A stretch of DNA of 64,000 nucleotides from Lama guanicoe (lineage: Eukaryota), in NCBI GenBank assembly GCA_013239625.1, contig MU053810.1, forward strand, positions 5,862,122 through 5,926,121, in the 5' to 3' direction. Shown piece by piece: positions 10,830 to 50,318 of this stretch (within the stretch, counting starts at the first letter, position 1; each line of letters begins with the position of its first letter). The notes below the pieces were generated by a model, which was given only the letters and a program-made list of their open reading frames with translations, searched no databases and had not been told where the DNA came from. The translations under genes and the position numbers were made by a program.

Positions 10830-13800
10830 ATGGTGAGGAGGTTGATAAACCACCTCGATTTTGAAAAAAACAGCTATAAATCTAGAAAAATTATTTAATA
10901 AAACAACCATTTCAGCACTCTGGAAATTAACTGAAGATCTGCAACTAAGAGGTGCTTATTCATGAAAACCCCTGACATTCAGGTGAGAACGGGGTGAGCC
11001 TGAGGGATTCTTTTCTGCCACAGCCCCTGCCAGGTCTACAGGTACAGCAACTCAACCAGGGCGACGGCAGACCCTGGGAACAAGGCTTGCTGCCCCTGCC
11101 AGAAGGGACTCATCTGACTTGATGCGTTGTAAGTTACAGTGGTGAGCTCCGGGGTAAGCAAACAGGGTTCGCTAAGGTTGTAGTCCTGTTTGGGGCAAGC
11201 AACAGAGCAGCCAGGTATTTCCCTGGAAGTTCTGGGAGGTCACACAGCATCTGGGTTTGAATAAGCACTCAGTATCCTCCAGATATTCAGGCATGCCAAG
11301 AAGAGAAACTGGTTCAAGCCATCCACATCCCCACGGTTGCCAAAGCCTGCATGTATGCACAAAGGAAAAGCAAAAAACCCCACTAGAAAGCAAAGACCAC
11401 TGCAGACTTGAAAATGACCTGAACAGTGAATGTACTTGCTGGCCCACACAGATGCATTGGCAGAGTGGAGGCCTGATTGATGGGGTTTGAACACAACCTC
11501 TGTCCAACCTCTGGCTAAATGCTAAGCTATGCAGTCACAGCAGCAACCCTTAGGAAGCAAGATTTAACATTTTAAAGATGAGCAGTGACATCAGTGGCTG
11601 CACACTGTAGTGGGCAGACTTCACAGATTTACTGCTGGCAAGTTACTAAACAAAACAAGAACCACCGCTGGGGAAAAACTCAGAATTAGCATTGCTACAT
11701 TATCTGAAATTCAACAAGACTACAAAGCAAAGAAAAGAAAGTACACCCTGACCGAGGAAGAAAAGCATTCAAGAGAAGCTGAGTTACCTCCAGGTGCTGG
11801 AGTCAGCAAAGACTTAAAAGCAGCTATTATGAACATGTTGAAAGAACGAATGGAAGGTTTAAAGAATTAATGAAAGCTGTGATGAAAACGATGCAAAGCA
11901 CAAAGAATATCAATAGAGATACAAACTATATGAAAGAACCAAATGGAAACTTGGAGCTGAAAAATACATGCCTGAAATGAAAAATCCAGTTGAAAGAAGA
12001 ATCAGTGAACTTGAAGAAAAAAATCAACAGAAAAGTAATCAATCTGGAGAGGGATAAAAGCAATGAAGAAAACCAACAAAGCCTCAGAGACCAGATTAAC
12101 ATCAAGTATACCAACACATGTAAAAAGAGGACCCCAGAAGAAGAGAGACAGGGGGCAAAAAATGTATGTCTGAAGAAGTAATTGCAAAGAACTTTTCAAG
12201 TCTGGTGAAAAACATTAGTCTACAGACCCAAGAAGCTCAACAAATCCCAAGTAAGAAAAACTCAAGGAGACCCACACATTCACATCATAGTCAAACACAA
12301 GGCTAAGAAAAAAAAAAATCTTGAAAGCAGCAAGTGAAAAACAACTTATCAGAAAATGAGACCAAAATTATCATTAACAGCTGACTTCTCACCAAAAATA
12401 ATGGAAGTCAGGGGTCTGTGGGATGACTTATTCAAAGTGATTAAATTGTTAACCGTGTATTCTATATCCAGCAAAAATATTCTTTAAAAAAAGGCAAAAT
12501 AAAGATATTCCCATATAAAGACTGAGGACTTTAAGATTATAGAGTATAGTTATGTCACTATTGTTGAGCGTTGTAACACGTACAGATGCAACACAACAAC
12601 AATAGCACAAAGAAGAGAAGAAAAGGAGATATACTGGGACAAAGTTACTTTTGCCAGAGGTAAATGTGTATTACTTTGAAGCAGACTGTGATGAGGAGTG
12701 ATAAGATGGATACTGTCATCCCTGGAGCAACTGCTAAGACATAACACAAAAGAGGAGGAACAGAAGGATCTCTTTAGATATGAGAAAAGCAGAAAATAAA
12801 AAGCAAAATGGCAGACAGAAAAGCAACAATATCAATATTACCTATGAATGAACTAAATACCCTATTCAAATTATACAGACTGCTTTGAGTTCTGCAGGAA
12901 CTAAGGCCCCCAACCAAGAGGAGGACGGTAACTCCTCGCTGAGACCCAAGGCTGGCTGGAAGCTAAGGAACGATGATGATGACCTTTTCTAACCCTCATG
13001 ACTTCAATCAACTAAAGCCTGGACTCTGTCAACCTCTGCCCCAATTCTATGCTGAATTCTCCTCTGCTCAAGCCCCTGCATGAAGACACAGGTACCCTCA
13101 GCTTAAACCTTCCCCAATCTTGCTGTTCAGGGAGACACTGCTTTGTTTTCCTTACTTGCTGCTCAAGTAGTAAATTATTTATTCTCTTGCTAAAAAAAAA
13201 AAAGTAAAAAAAAAAAATTAGATTGTCAGACTAGATAAAAAACAAAGAAAAAACCAAGATCCATGTGATAAAGGACTTGTCTTCACATAAGACAACAACC
13301 CAAAGGGGGATCTGAATGGACGTTTCTCCAAAGACATACAAATGACCAACAGCCTAGCAGAGGATGCTGAAAATCACTAGTCTAGGGAAATGTAAATTAA
13401 ACCCACAATGAGATTCTACTTCATACCCACTAACAGAATGGCTCTGTCCAAAAGACAAGACTATAAGCAGCACTGTGCAAGAGATGGAGAAACTGGAACC
13501 CTTCATACATTGGTAGTTGGAACGTAAAATTAGTTACTTTCAAACCAGCTCATCAGGTTCTTAAAAAGTTAAAACAAACTCACTGCATCATGCAGCAATT
13601 TCTAGAAGTCTATCCAAGAGAAATGAAAACATGTCCACACAAAGACATGTACACACATACACAATATATACACAGAGAGGAGGGAGGGAGGGAGAAGTTG
13701 CAATAAAAAACTGGAACAAATGAAAACAAATGGTAAATCTGGATCAATGGAATATGGCAGTGCCTTGTAGTATTCTTGTAATGTTTCTCTAAGTTTGAAA

Positions 13801-13830
13801 GTACATCAAAATTTTAAATAAACAAAAAAA
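10830..13830 (+). mobile_element. Old fragmented L1 (5'UTR, ORF1 relic, 3' pieces) between ANKRD26 and YME1L1
   Basis: Broken ORF1p-like translation at 11900-12520 (e.g. aaaatcttgaaagcagcaag, acagctgacttctc) and L1 3' motifs at 13260-13830. Confidence 0.75.
12874..13217 (+). mobile_element. ERV1-type LTR fragment ending in poly(A), nested in the L1 relic
   Basis: LTR-like sequence (gagttctgcaggaactaaggcccc...gctgttcagggagacactgctttg...cttacttgctgc), AGTAAA at 13169-13174, A-tail at 13192-13217. Confidence 0.6.
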
Positions 13831-14131
13831 ACCCCAGGAATATCATATAGCAAGCTCCCTCTGTCAGCCTCAATGAAGACCATATACAGCTTCAAAGTTA
13901 CTAGAAAACTGTAACTAATGTTAATAAAATCACTTCAAGAATATCACTTGGTTATAAAAACCAACACAATGTCCTCTAAAATAATTTTTCTACTGAGTTA
14001 AATAAAGTCATCTGTAAATCTTGTTAGAACACATCCATATTCACAAAATCTGAATGAAAAATAAACACAACTTTCCATTTCTAACACAGAGTAATTCAAA
14101 AGTTCACTTTGAAGGGGACTGAGTTTTTGGT

Positions 14132-14863
14132 TTTATTTTGGTTTCAATGCCAAGCATAATTACATAGTTATTCAGAATTTGGGTTGTGTCACTTGTTTTT
14201 TAACAAAATACTGCTGCTCTGAAATAAACTTCATTTTGAGAGTGATAAGTCATTTAAAAAAAACATGAAAATGCAAGCTGCATTTTTAAAAGGTTATAAT
14301 CATTTAAATTCTGATTACATCTGTAGGTTCACAATTCTTAGATTTAAAAAATTTTTACATATGGTCAATCCAGAGTATAATTAAATGCATCTTAATGAAG
14401 TTTCCACTGATGTATGTAGAAATATGATTTACCAACAGCCAAACAGCATCATTTCTTTATCAAAGATAAATAGTACTATCTAGAAATAGAGAATCCTTCA
14501 AGAACTTTACTTCGCTAAGGAAACATACTTCCCAAGAGCCAAAGGCACAATTTCTATTCACATCTAGCACTGTAACCAACCATAAAATCATTACTTATTT
14601 TCAACTCAATAACTGATTGACATTTCTCAAACTGTTTTCAATCCTGATAGTTCTTTATTTTCTTTAATAAATTTGCTGTTTGAAGTAGGTGTCCATCATG
14701 AGAGTAATAAAATTCAGTAAATGTGACAGAAGATTGACAAAGTGTTTCACACCCTTGAGTGATACCAAGTCAAGAATGGGAGGAAAGCGTCGCAAAACAA
14801 GACTACTGCAATGCTACTTATCTTCTTGCAATAATAACAGCAATGCATCCATTCCAAGGGCTA
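14132..14863 (-). other. YME1L1: YME1L1 3'UTR with candidate poly(A) signals
   Basis: Follows the TGA TAG stop; minus-strand ATTAAA at 14663-14668, AATAAA at 14654-14659 and 14132-14137. The true 3' end cannot be fixed from sequence. Confidence 0.55.
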
Positions 14864-43019
<28,156 letters not shown>

Positions 43020-44120
43020 CTTCTCCGGGCCCTCAGCGACCTCACCCGCCTGCCGAAACTGTCCCTCTTGTTCACGGCCCGGCGGGGAGGCGCTAAGCCC
43101 TTTCTTTTCCTTCTTTTCTCTCTCCCGTCGCCCTCACTTTTCCTAAAAACGGAAAATGGCCTCCCCTTCCTACAGCTGCCGCAACGACAGCCAATCTGCC
43201 CCGGAAGGCAAGGCGCTAACGCAACAGTACTTCCGGGGCAGGTGAGGCCGCCACCCCGGCGGTGTGCGTCAGCCTGCCGTTTTTAACCAGGGCTTGCTTT
43301 TCTACAGCTGCCGCTGAGGCCCCCAAAGTCGTTCATGTTCACGTTGAGTAATGCACACCTGCCGGATCCCCAAAGCTCTCTGACTGTAGTTTTCTTTCTA
43401 AAGGAGAACGGCATCAACCCCGTTAAATCTTTCTCCAGCTTCATTATCACTTCTGTTTCGACTGGGCCTTGACCTACGATAAGCTCTTTTGCTACAAATT
43501 CAGTAATCTTTATCTTCCCCTCAGTAAATCAAAAACTCTTCCTGTTTCAGATGGGCAAGTTACATTTTGTTAGAATGTCACATTGCAGGGCCAGTCGTGC
43601 GCTTCCTGCTCATCCAGTTTCTCCACATTCTACGATTTCACTGGCCATGGCTTTACCGAGCGGACCCGAACTGGTTTACATTTCTCCCGCGGGTGGGAGG
43701 TCGCAAAGGAGCTTAAAATTTTTTTTTGAAGTGGGATGAGGGCAGGGTCTCATCAGCCTCGTTTGGAAGTCGGAAGAAAACTCTTCAAAGATTGGGATTC
43801 AAGCCCCGGTAGCCCCTTTTCCCGTCCGCCAAGAACTGTTTGTACCGCCCCGTGCCATTACAAACTCACCCTGGGAGAGTCTGTGGTTGGTTCAAGAGTT
43901 TCCCAGCGGCCCCGCCCACACGCCCATTAGCTTCTGCTAGACCAGGGGAAGTGAGACGGGCGGGGCCGCGCTGGGTTGGGCGCGGCGCGCGCGGCGACGG
44001 GGTGACGTCACTGCCGGCGTGCGGCGTGGGTGGAGCCTCACTTTGAACCGAGTTGCGGGAGTCGCGGCTCCGGAACGGGCGTTGGCGGCGGCTGCAACGT
44101 TGCATCGCGACTGGCCTGCC
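43020..44120. promoter_or_regulatory. YME1L1/MASTL bidirectional CpG promoter
   Basis: Head-to-head ATGs ~1.1 kb apart. YME1L1 side: ETS CCGGAAG (~43201, ~43230), CCAAT (~43191), YY1-like AAAATGGC (~43153). MASTL side: GC box (~43959), palindromic CRE GTGACGTCAC at 44002-44011, CHR TTTGAA at 44042-44047, E2F-like GCGGGA. Confidence 0.85.
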
Positions 44121-44303
44121 ATGAAGCCCTCCGCGGGCAGCGAGGAGAGTGGAGGAGGCGCGGCAACAGGGGAGTGTGTGAATAACATCCCGGTGCCACG
44201 ACCTCCCTCCATTGAGGAGTTCACCATAGTGAAGCCCATTAGCCGTGGCGCCTTCGGGAAGGTGTATCTGGGGCAGAAAGGCAGCAGGTTGTACGCGGTG
44301 AAG
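44121..44303 (+). CDS. MASTL: MASTL (Greatwall kinase) coding exon 1 (183 nt)
   Basis: gcc[16 protein letters not shown]...[34 protein letters not shown]|gtaaga (glycine loop and catalytic Lys). Confidence 0.97.
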
Positions 44304-44771
44304 GTAAGAGAATAAAGAAAGCGAAGGAGGCCGGCACTTCGGCCCTCTATCCTGTCTGCTGAATTGGGCAGGCGCCAGGGACTAGACTAGGTGCCTTTCT
44401 TGCTGAAGTCTCCGGAGCCCTGCGAGCTGAGGTCTCACCTGGGGTCACATCGGCCGGGGCAAGTCCCTGTCCCCCCTGCTACGCCCTTCTGTTCTCACCG
44501 CGAAAGCTTAGAGACGCCAGAACTTCTGAATTCTTTTTACTGATTTGGCCTTTACCAGGATTAAGGTTGAAACTTTAAATTTGAAGCAGTTATTTCCAAA
44601 AAGTGTTTTAATTCTATCAGTTTGATATAAATTCATTTCTTTTATAATCAAGATGTAATTGACATATACTAGTTACAGGTGTACAACATAATGATTCAAT
44701 ATTTGTAAGGCGAAATGGTCACCACCATAAGTCTAGTTAAGAACAATCACGTCACAGCTACAAATTTTTTT

Positions 44772-44910
44772 AGTTTTGTTTATTGTTTTGGAGGGGGAAA
44801 GTAATTAGGTTTTTTATTTATGTTTTTAGAGGGAGTACTGGGGATTGAACCCAGGAGTTTGTGCATGCTAACCATGCGCTCTACTGCTTGAGCTATATAC
44901 CCTTCCCCCC
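44772..44910 (-). mobile_element. Camelid tRNA-derived SINE nested in an L1 3' fragment
   Basis: SINE body; L1 3'UTR sequence continues on both sides (about 44635-45000). Confidence 0.85.
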
Positions 44911-46231
44911 AATTTTTTTTCTTATGCTGAGAACTTTCAAGATCTCTCAGCGTCTTTCAAATATACAATGCAGTATTGTTAACTACAGTCTCCATGCTGT
45001 GGTATCTTAACATCTGACCTCTATAGCCAAAAGAACTCATTAAAGAAACCCCACTTTTCTCTTCAGACTTTTCATTATAAATCTAGAATGTCCTTTTATT
45101 TAAAGACTAAGCTGAAATATGTCCTTAAAAAAAATCACTCCTTTATCCTTGCAGGAGTGTGTTCAGTGTATTCAAAGTCATTTCTCTCAACTCTTGATCC
45201 TCATCCACTCCCCAGGTTTCAGGCTACTCACGTTTCACCGCTGAGTGAACGTGGTAAATCTGAGTGCCGATGAAATTTCGACTTCGTTTTGGACATTGCT
45301 ATGTGAATATCTAGCAGTCACCTGAAAATTGTGCTTGCCTAACTCTGAACAGTCCTCTCCACCTAACCACCTCCTTTATTCCCTCTCTCCATGTGATAAC
45401 ATCATCCTCATCCCTGCCATTCAGACTAGAAACTTGAGTCATTTAAACTTTCCTCTGATTCATCTGTATAGCCTGTCTCTCAGCCAGTCCTGTCAATTGT
45501 CTCATATTCACCCCTTCCATTCCATTCCCAGGTCTGCCCAAGTACAGGACTTCATTTTTTCTCCCCTTCTTTCTTTCTTTCAAAAAGTACAATTCATTTC
45601 AATGGAAATGAACTATGAAAAGTGTCATCAAGAGATGAATTGTCACAGCCCAGGAACAAGAAATCCTGTCTGAATATGCCTAGAAATTATTTACCCGAAG
45701 AAATAATCCATTGAATGAAGAGGTTAATCATAAAATCTTCAATGTAGAGTGGAAGAAGTGTGTCTACACATCCCTCAAGTCATTCTTCCTATAAGAACTG
45801 AGGCTGTGGGTTGAGACAACCTGGAGTCTCAGATGGGCGACATGATGCTGCCAGTAGTGTTCAGCAGCATCATTCCCAGTATCCATAATACTGCCATCTT
45901 CATTTTGTAGCTCTAGAAGTAAGGGGAAGATCCAGGTGCCAGATTACACCTGGAGTTTCCAAGTCATCTTCTGAGCAAGAAGGGCAAGAATTATTACAGG
46001 GGCTTTCTTCTGGTTTGTTCACCCCTCTACCTGGGCACTTAGAACAGGGCTTTACACAATAAGCCCTCAATAAATGTTTGTTTCAGTACAAAAAAGTATA
46101 ATTCAGTGGGGTGGTTTTTTTTTTTTATTGAAGGATAGTTGATTTATAATGCTGTGTTACTTTCTGGTGTACAGCACAGTGATTCAGTTATACATATATA
46201 TTCTTTTTTTTTTGTAAATATATTCCTTTTC

Positions 46232-46864
46232 TTTTTTGTTTTTGTTTTTGTTTTTGTTTTTGTTTTTGTTTTTGTTTCCCCAAAGAGTTTATTTGGGTAG
46301 AAGAGGGACAGGAAGGCCTTGCATCTAAAAGAAGGTGTTGAGCCTCCTGGTGGTGAAACGTGGCTTTTGCTGGCGACGCAGGACCGGGTGGGGCAGCGGG
46401 AACTTGGCCGCTGGTCAGCGGCACTTGCTGGCTGCAATCTCCTCCACCTTATCCGGATGGAGTGGGCCCAGGCGCGGTGCCGGGCGCCCACGTCTCTGTA
46501 GCACTGTGTGACGGCGCCTGCTGTGCTCAGGTCCCGGTACTCCCGGTACACGTTGTGGGTGCCGCTGCGGGAGTCATAGCGCAGCCAGATGCCGAAGTTC
46601 TTCACCCCCAGGGGAGATTTCTCGAACACCTGTCCACAGTAGGCAATCTCCCCGGAAGACTTTTCATTTTTTTCAGCTGAGACACGAAGTACCAGAAGCG
46701 GGACTTGGCAACAACATGATTAGGCGCAAAGATTCACATGCGATAGAGAGGCGGTGTGCGGCCTGTGGGGGTGCGCAGGCAGCGCCCCACCACCTTGTAC
46801 TCTCGCAGTGTGCCGGAGGCCTTCGTGGCGCTCTGACCGCGCTCGCCGCCACCCACGAAAAGCC
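46232..46864 (-). pseudogene. RPL18A: RPL18A processed pseudogene
   Basis: Intronless, near full-length copy ([16 protein letters not shown]...[17 protein letters not shown]...NTFF*). Start codon is ACG; 2 nonsense codons and frameshifts; AATAAA at 46288-46293; (CAAAAA)n tail; 10-bp TSD attccttttc at 46222-46231 and 46865-46874. Confidence 0.95.
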
Positions 46865-48555
46865 ATTCCTTTTCACTATAGGTTATTGTAATTAAGTTTT
46901 TAGTAAATTAAGGATTGGGTAGCTGTGATCACATTCCACATTTAGAACATTTCCATTACCCTGAAACGACCTCTCTTGCCCATCTGCAGTGTCTCCCCCC
47001 TTAACACCCCCAGCCCAAGATAACTATCGATCTACTTTCTATCGCTGTAAGTTTGCCTTTTTTGGACTTGGCATATACATGGAATCATGCAATATATGGT
47101 CTTTTGCATCTGGCTGTTTTCACTTGACATGATGCTTTTGAGGTTCATCAGGACTTCATTTCCATACGTATTCTATTAGAATAGGCCCCTAATTGGAATC
47201 ACTGTTTTATTCCTTAGACTGTGACATGCAAGCTAAAGTCTAAACTCCTTAGAAAAGCAGTCATGCTCCAAGTTCCGGCCCTAAACTTCATTGTATCTTA
47301 CACATTTGCTATGTTCTAGCCACACCAGACAGTTGGCTAGTCCCTGAATGCTGTATATTGTCTTTCCTCTGAGCTTACGTTTATGCTGGTTCCTTCCTAA
47401 GTGCTTTTCTCCCACCTGTCTCTGCTCTTCTACAGCTGTGTTACTTATGTATTAAGATTCATCCTAGTCCCCTTTCATTCCTACCCTGACCTTTTAGACC
47501 CATGCTGTTGAGATGAACTCTCCCTTGTTTCTTACTTTACCAAGTTTTTTTGCTTTTCCTTCAACTGTACTAATCAGTCATTGTCAGTTACTGAAATGAA
47601 AACACCAATTCAGTTTCTTTTTTTTTTTTTTGAATCAGTATTTGTGAGAAGCCTCTTTTTGTGTAGAATCTGGAATACAGTGGTGAACAAAACAAACTTG
47701 CCCTCACAGAGCTTCCAGTCTAGTGGAATGATAGGTGAAATCATGTTATCAACTGGTTTTGTCAGTTTCCCTCATTTTTCTTATGGAAAGGCCATGAGGC
47801 TGGAATTTACAGTGTATTAATGATTTTATTAAATTCTCTAATGTATCTTTGGAAGAAATATGCCTTTCTTTCTCCTTTGTAACCTTCCTGAGAATCGATC
47901 TCAATATTACTAACTCTTCAGTTTAATGCTCCAACTTTAATGTAGATTATAGTTTTGCTTCCATACCAACTACTTTGAGACCTAAAAGGAGTAATTATTT
48001 TCTGTAACACACCATCTGAGACTATTAAGTTTCAGTAGTTCTAACCATTTTTAAGAATTTTTTTCCCAAGCACACAGACTTAAATTCTTCCTCTTACTGA
48101 TTCTACCTCCGTCCATCAAAGAATCAGAAATTTTAAGAAAAGGTATTAGCTACTATTTCTCTATGCTAACTTTCCTGATTATCTGGGGCTTATTAGGAAC
48201 ATTACTATCTTTTGACTTAGTGGTAAGAACAGCAGAACAGAATTTTTTTTCCCTACTAATAGGAAGGGTAGTCAGGGAGCATTTATTTACATTTATTTTC
48301 CTTCTCAAAAGGGATGTGATAGTTTTGCCACTGGATACCAAGATAAGCAGTTCTATGTTAAAGTTTTGTTTTGTTTCGCCATATTAGCTGTTTTCCTGGC
48401 AGAGTTCCCTGCTGGCAATGTGAGGTGCAACATATAGAAAACATCTATATGTTGTCTCTCTCTGGTTGTTTTCATGATGGCAGCTTTGAAAACCTGAGAA
48501 CACTTTGTGATGAAAAAAATAAAATAGATGTCTGTTGTTATGTTATGTATTACAG

Positions 48556-48693
48556 GTTGTCAAAAAGGCAGACATGATCAACAAAAATATGACTCATCAA
48601 GTCCAAGCAGAGAGGGACGCTCTGGCCCTAAGCAAAAGTCCTTTCATTGTCCATTTGTACTATTCACTGCAGTCAGCAAACAATGTCTACTTG
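48556..48693 (+). CDS. MASTL: MASTL exon 2 (138 nt)
   Basis: [46 protein letters not shown]. Confidence 0.97.
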
Positions 48694-48839
48694 GTGAGTA
48701 AATAACTTGACGTTTTTTGTTTTTCATTCAGGAATCACTGAACCCGATGGCTTAAGAATTACAGTCTTCGGGTTCAGAATACCTGGCTTTGAATTCCAGC
48801 TCTTACTTGCTTTATGACCACGGCCAAGTTACCTTCTAT

Positions 48840-49063
48840 GTTATATTAGTTATGATTCTCCAGAGAAAAAGAGCAATGGGTGTGTGTAGATGGAGGGGGA
48901 TTTATTTTAGACGTGATGGAGGGTAGCTTTTACTTGACGTCTAACGATTTAGATGTTAATCTCACCTAAAAAAAATACATTCACAACAACATTTAGATTG
49001 ATGTTTGACCAAGTATCTGCCTACTATGGTTTAGCCAAGTTGACACATAAAATGAAACGATCA
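48840..49063 (+). mobile_element. Internally deleted MLT2-like LTR inserted in a MIR
   Basis: ttagttatgattctccagaga...gccaagttgacacataaaat...caca; MIR halves on either side. Confidence 0.6.
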
Positions 49064-49499
49064 CACCTCAGTTTCCTCATCTGCAAAAAGGAGATAATAA
49101 TAGTACTTACCTCAGAGTTTGTTAGGAGATTTCAATAGGCTGATATAAAGTGGAACAGTGTGTGGTGCATAGTGCTAAAAATATTTGCTAAGTAAAGGAC
49201 GCATAAATAGAAATATTATATAAAGTTTGGTGTAGAGTAAGGAAAGATATTAGGAAGTGGTAGATTTGGGGTATATGGATTTAGAGAGTTGCTTGCTTTT
49301 CATTTAAAGCATCATCTTACACTATTCTAATGAGACATCTGTGAGGAGAAGGAAGGGGTGAGGATGGCGGGTGTTTTGACTTCAAGTTCCAGAAGCTCTT
49401 CTGACTTCAGAGATGGTCTATGGATTAAATGTCTGGTAACTCCAAAAGCTTCTGTTCAGTATAAACAAACAGAACAGTTGACTTTACATCTTTTAAGCC

Positions 49500-49815
49500 A
49501 GTAGTTGGCAAACTGGCCCACAGGCCAAATCTGGCCCACTGTTTTCTGTACAGCCTGTGAGCTAAGAATAGTTGTTTTTTGTTTTGTGTTGTTAAAATGT
49601 TGGAAAAATCTAAAGGAGAATGACATTTTGTGATAGGTGAAAATTACATGAAATTTGAATTTCAGCAAGTAAATAAAGTTTTATTGGAACACAGCCACCT
49701 CCCTTTGTTGACATATTATCTATGGCTGGTCTTGTGCTGCAACAGAAGGGTGAAGTAGTTACACAGACCAAATGGCTCTCAAAGCCTAAATACTTACTAC
49801 CTGGCTCTTTACAGA
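49500..49815. mobile_element. MER58-like DNA transposon
   Basis: cagtagttggcaaactggcccacaggccaaatctggccc...aaataaagttttattggaacacagccac. Confidence 0.8.
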
Positions 49816-50177
49816 AAAAGAAGATAACATTCTTATATGTCATTTCCAAAGAAGGTATAGACTATTTAATCCTTTAATTTTACCTGGGCTTCTCTAATGC
49901 CTTTACTATATAGCGTTCCATATGCAACATGTGCCTTCCCCAGTGTCATGACTGGCTGTGCCATCAATCCTGTCTTAGCCCTGTGGCAGCCAGGAATTTT
50001 CCCAACCTTAGTCTAAAAGTGGTGGTTGAAGGGCTGGGTCAAATTGCTCAGCCTAGTAGATTTGTTTTCAATGATTATGTCCTAAAATTAGGATAAGTTA
50101 AAAAAAAACTATAATATTTTTGATTTCCTATTCCTGAAATCAGATAGGGGACCATATCTTGTCTGCTAACTTCATCA

Positions 50178-50318
50178 CTGGTTTAGATCCTTGATACTCA
50201 AAGTGTGTCCACAGAGAAGCAGGATCAGCATCACCTGGGAACTTATTAGAAGTGCAGAATCTCAAGCCACACTCCAAATCTGCTGACACAGGCACAGGAA
50301 AGTTTGAGAACCACTGGT
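50178..50318. mobile_element. MER5A-like MITE
   Basis: cagcatcacctgggaacttattagaagtgcagaatctca...aagtttgagaaccactg. Confidence 0.75.

Noticed and set aside
11610..12181. Lys/Glu-rich short ORFs
   Set aside because: Broken remnants of L1 ORF1p.
45842..45873. 10-bp hairpin ATGATGCTGC...GCAGCATCAT as a snoRNA/miRNA
   Set aside because: Stem too short for a pre-miRNA, C-box imperfect with no convincing D-box/terminal stem; plausible by chance in 64 kb.
46144..46629. 161-aa ORF with KTKTKT tail as a functional retrogene
   Set aside because: Internal piece of the RPL18A pseudogene that frameshifts and reads through the microsatellite A-tail; the start codon is lost and there are upstream lesions.
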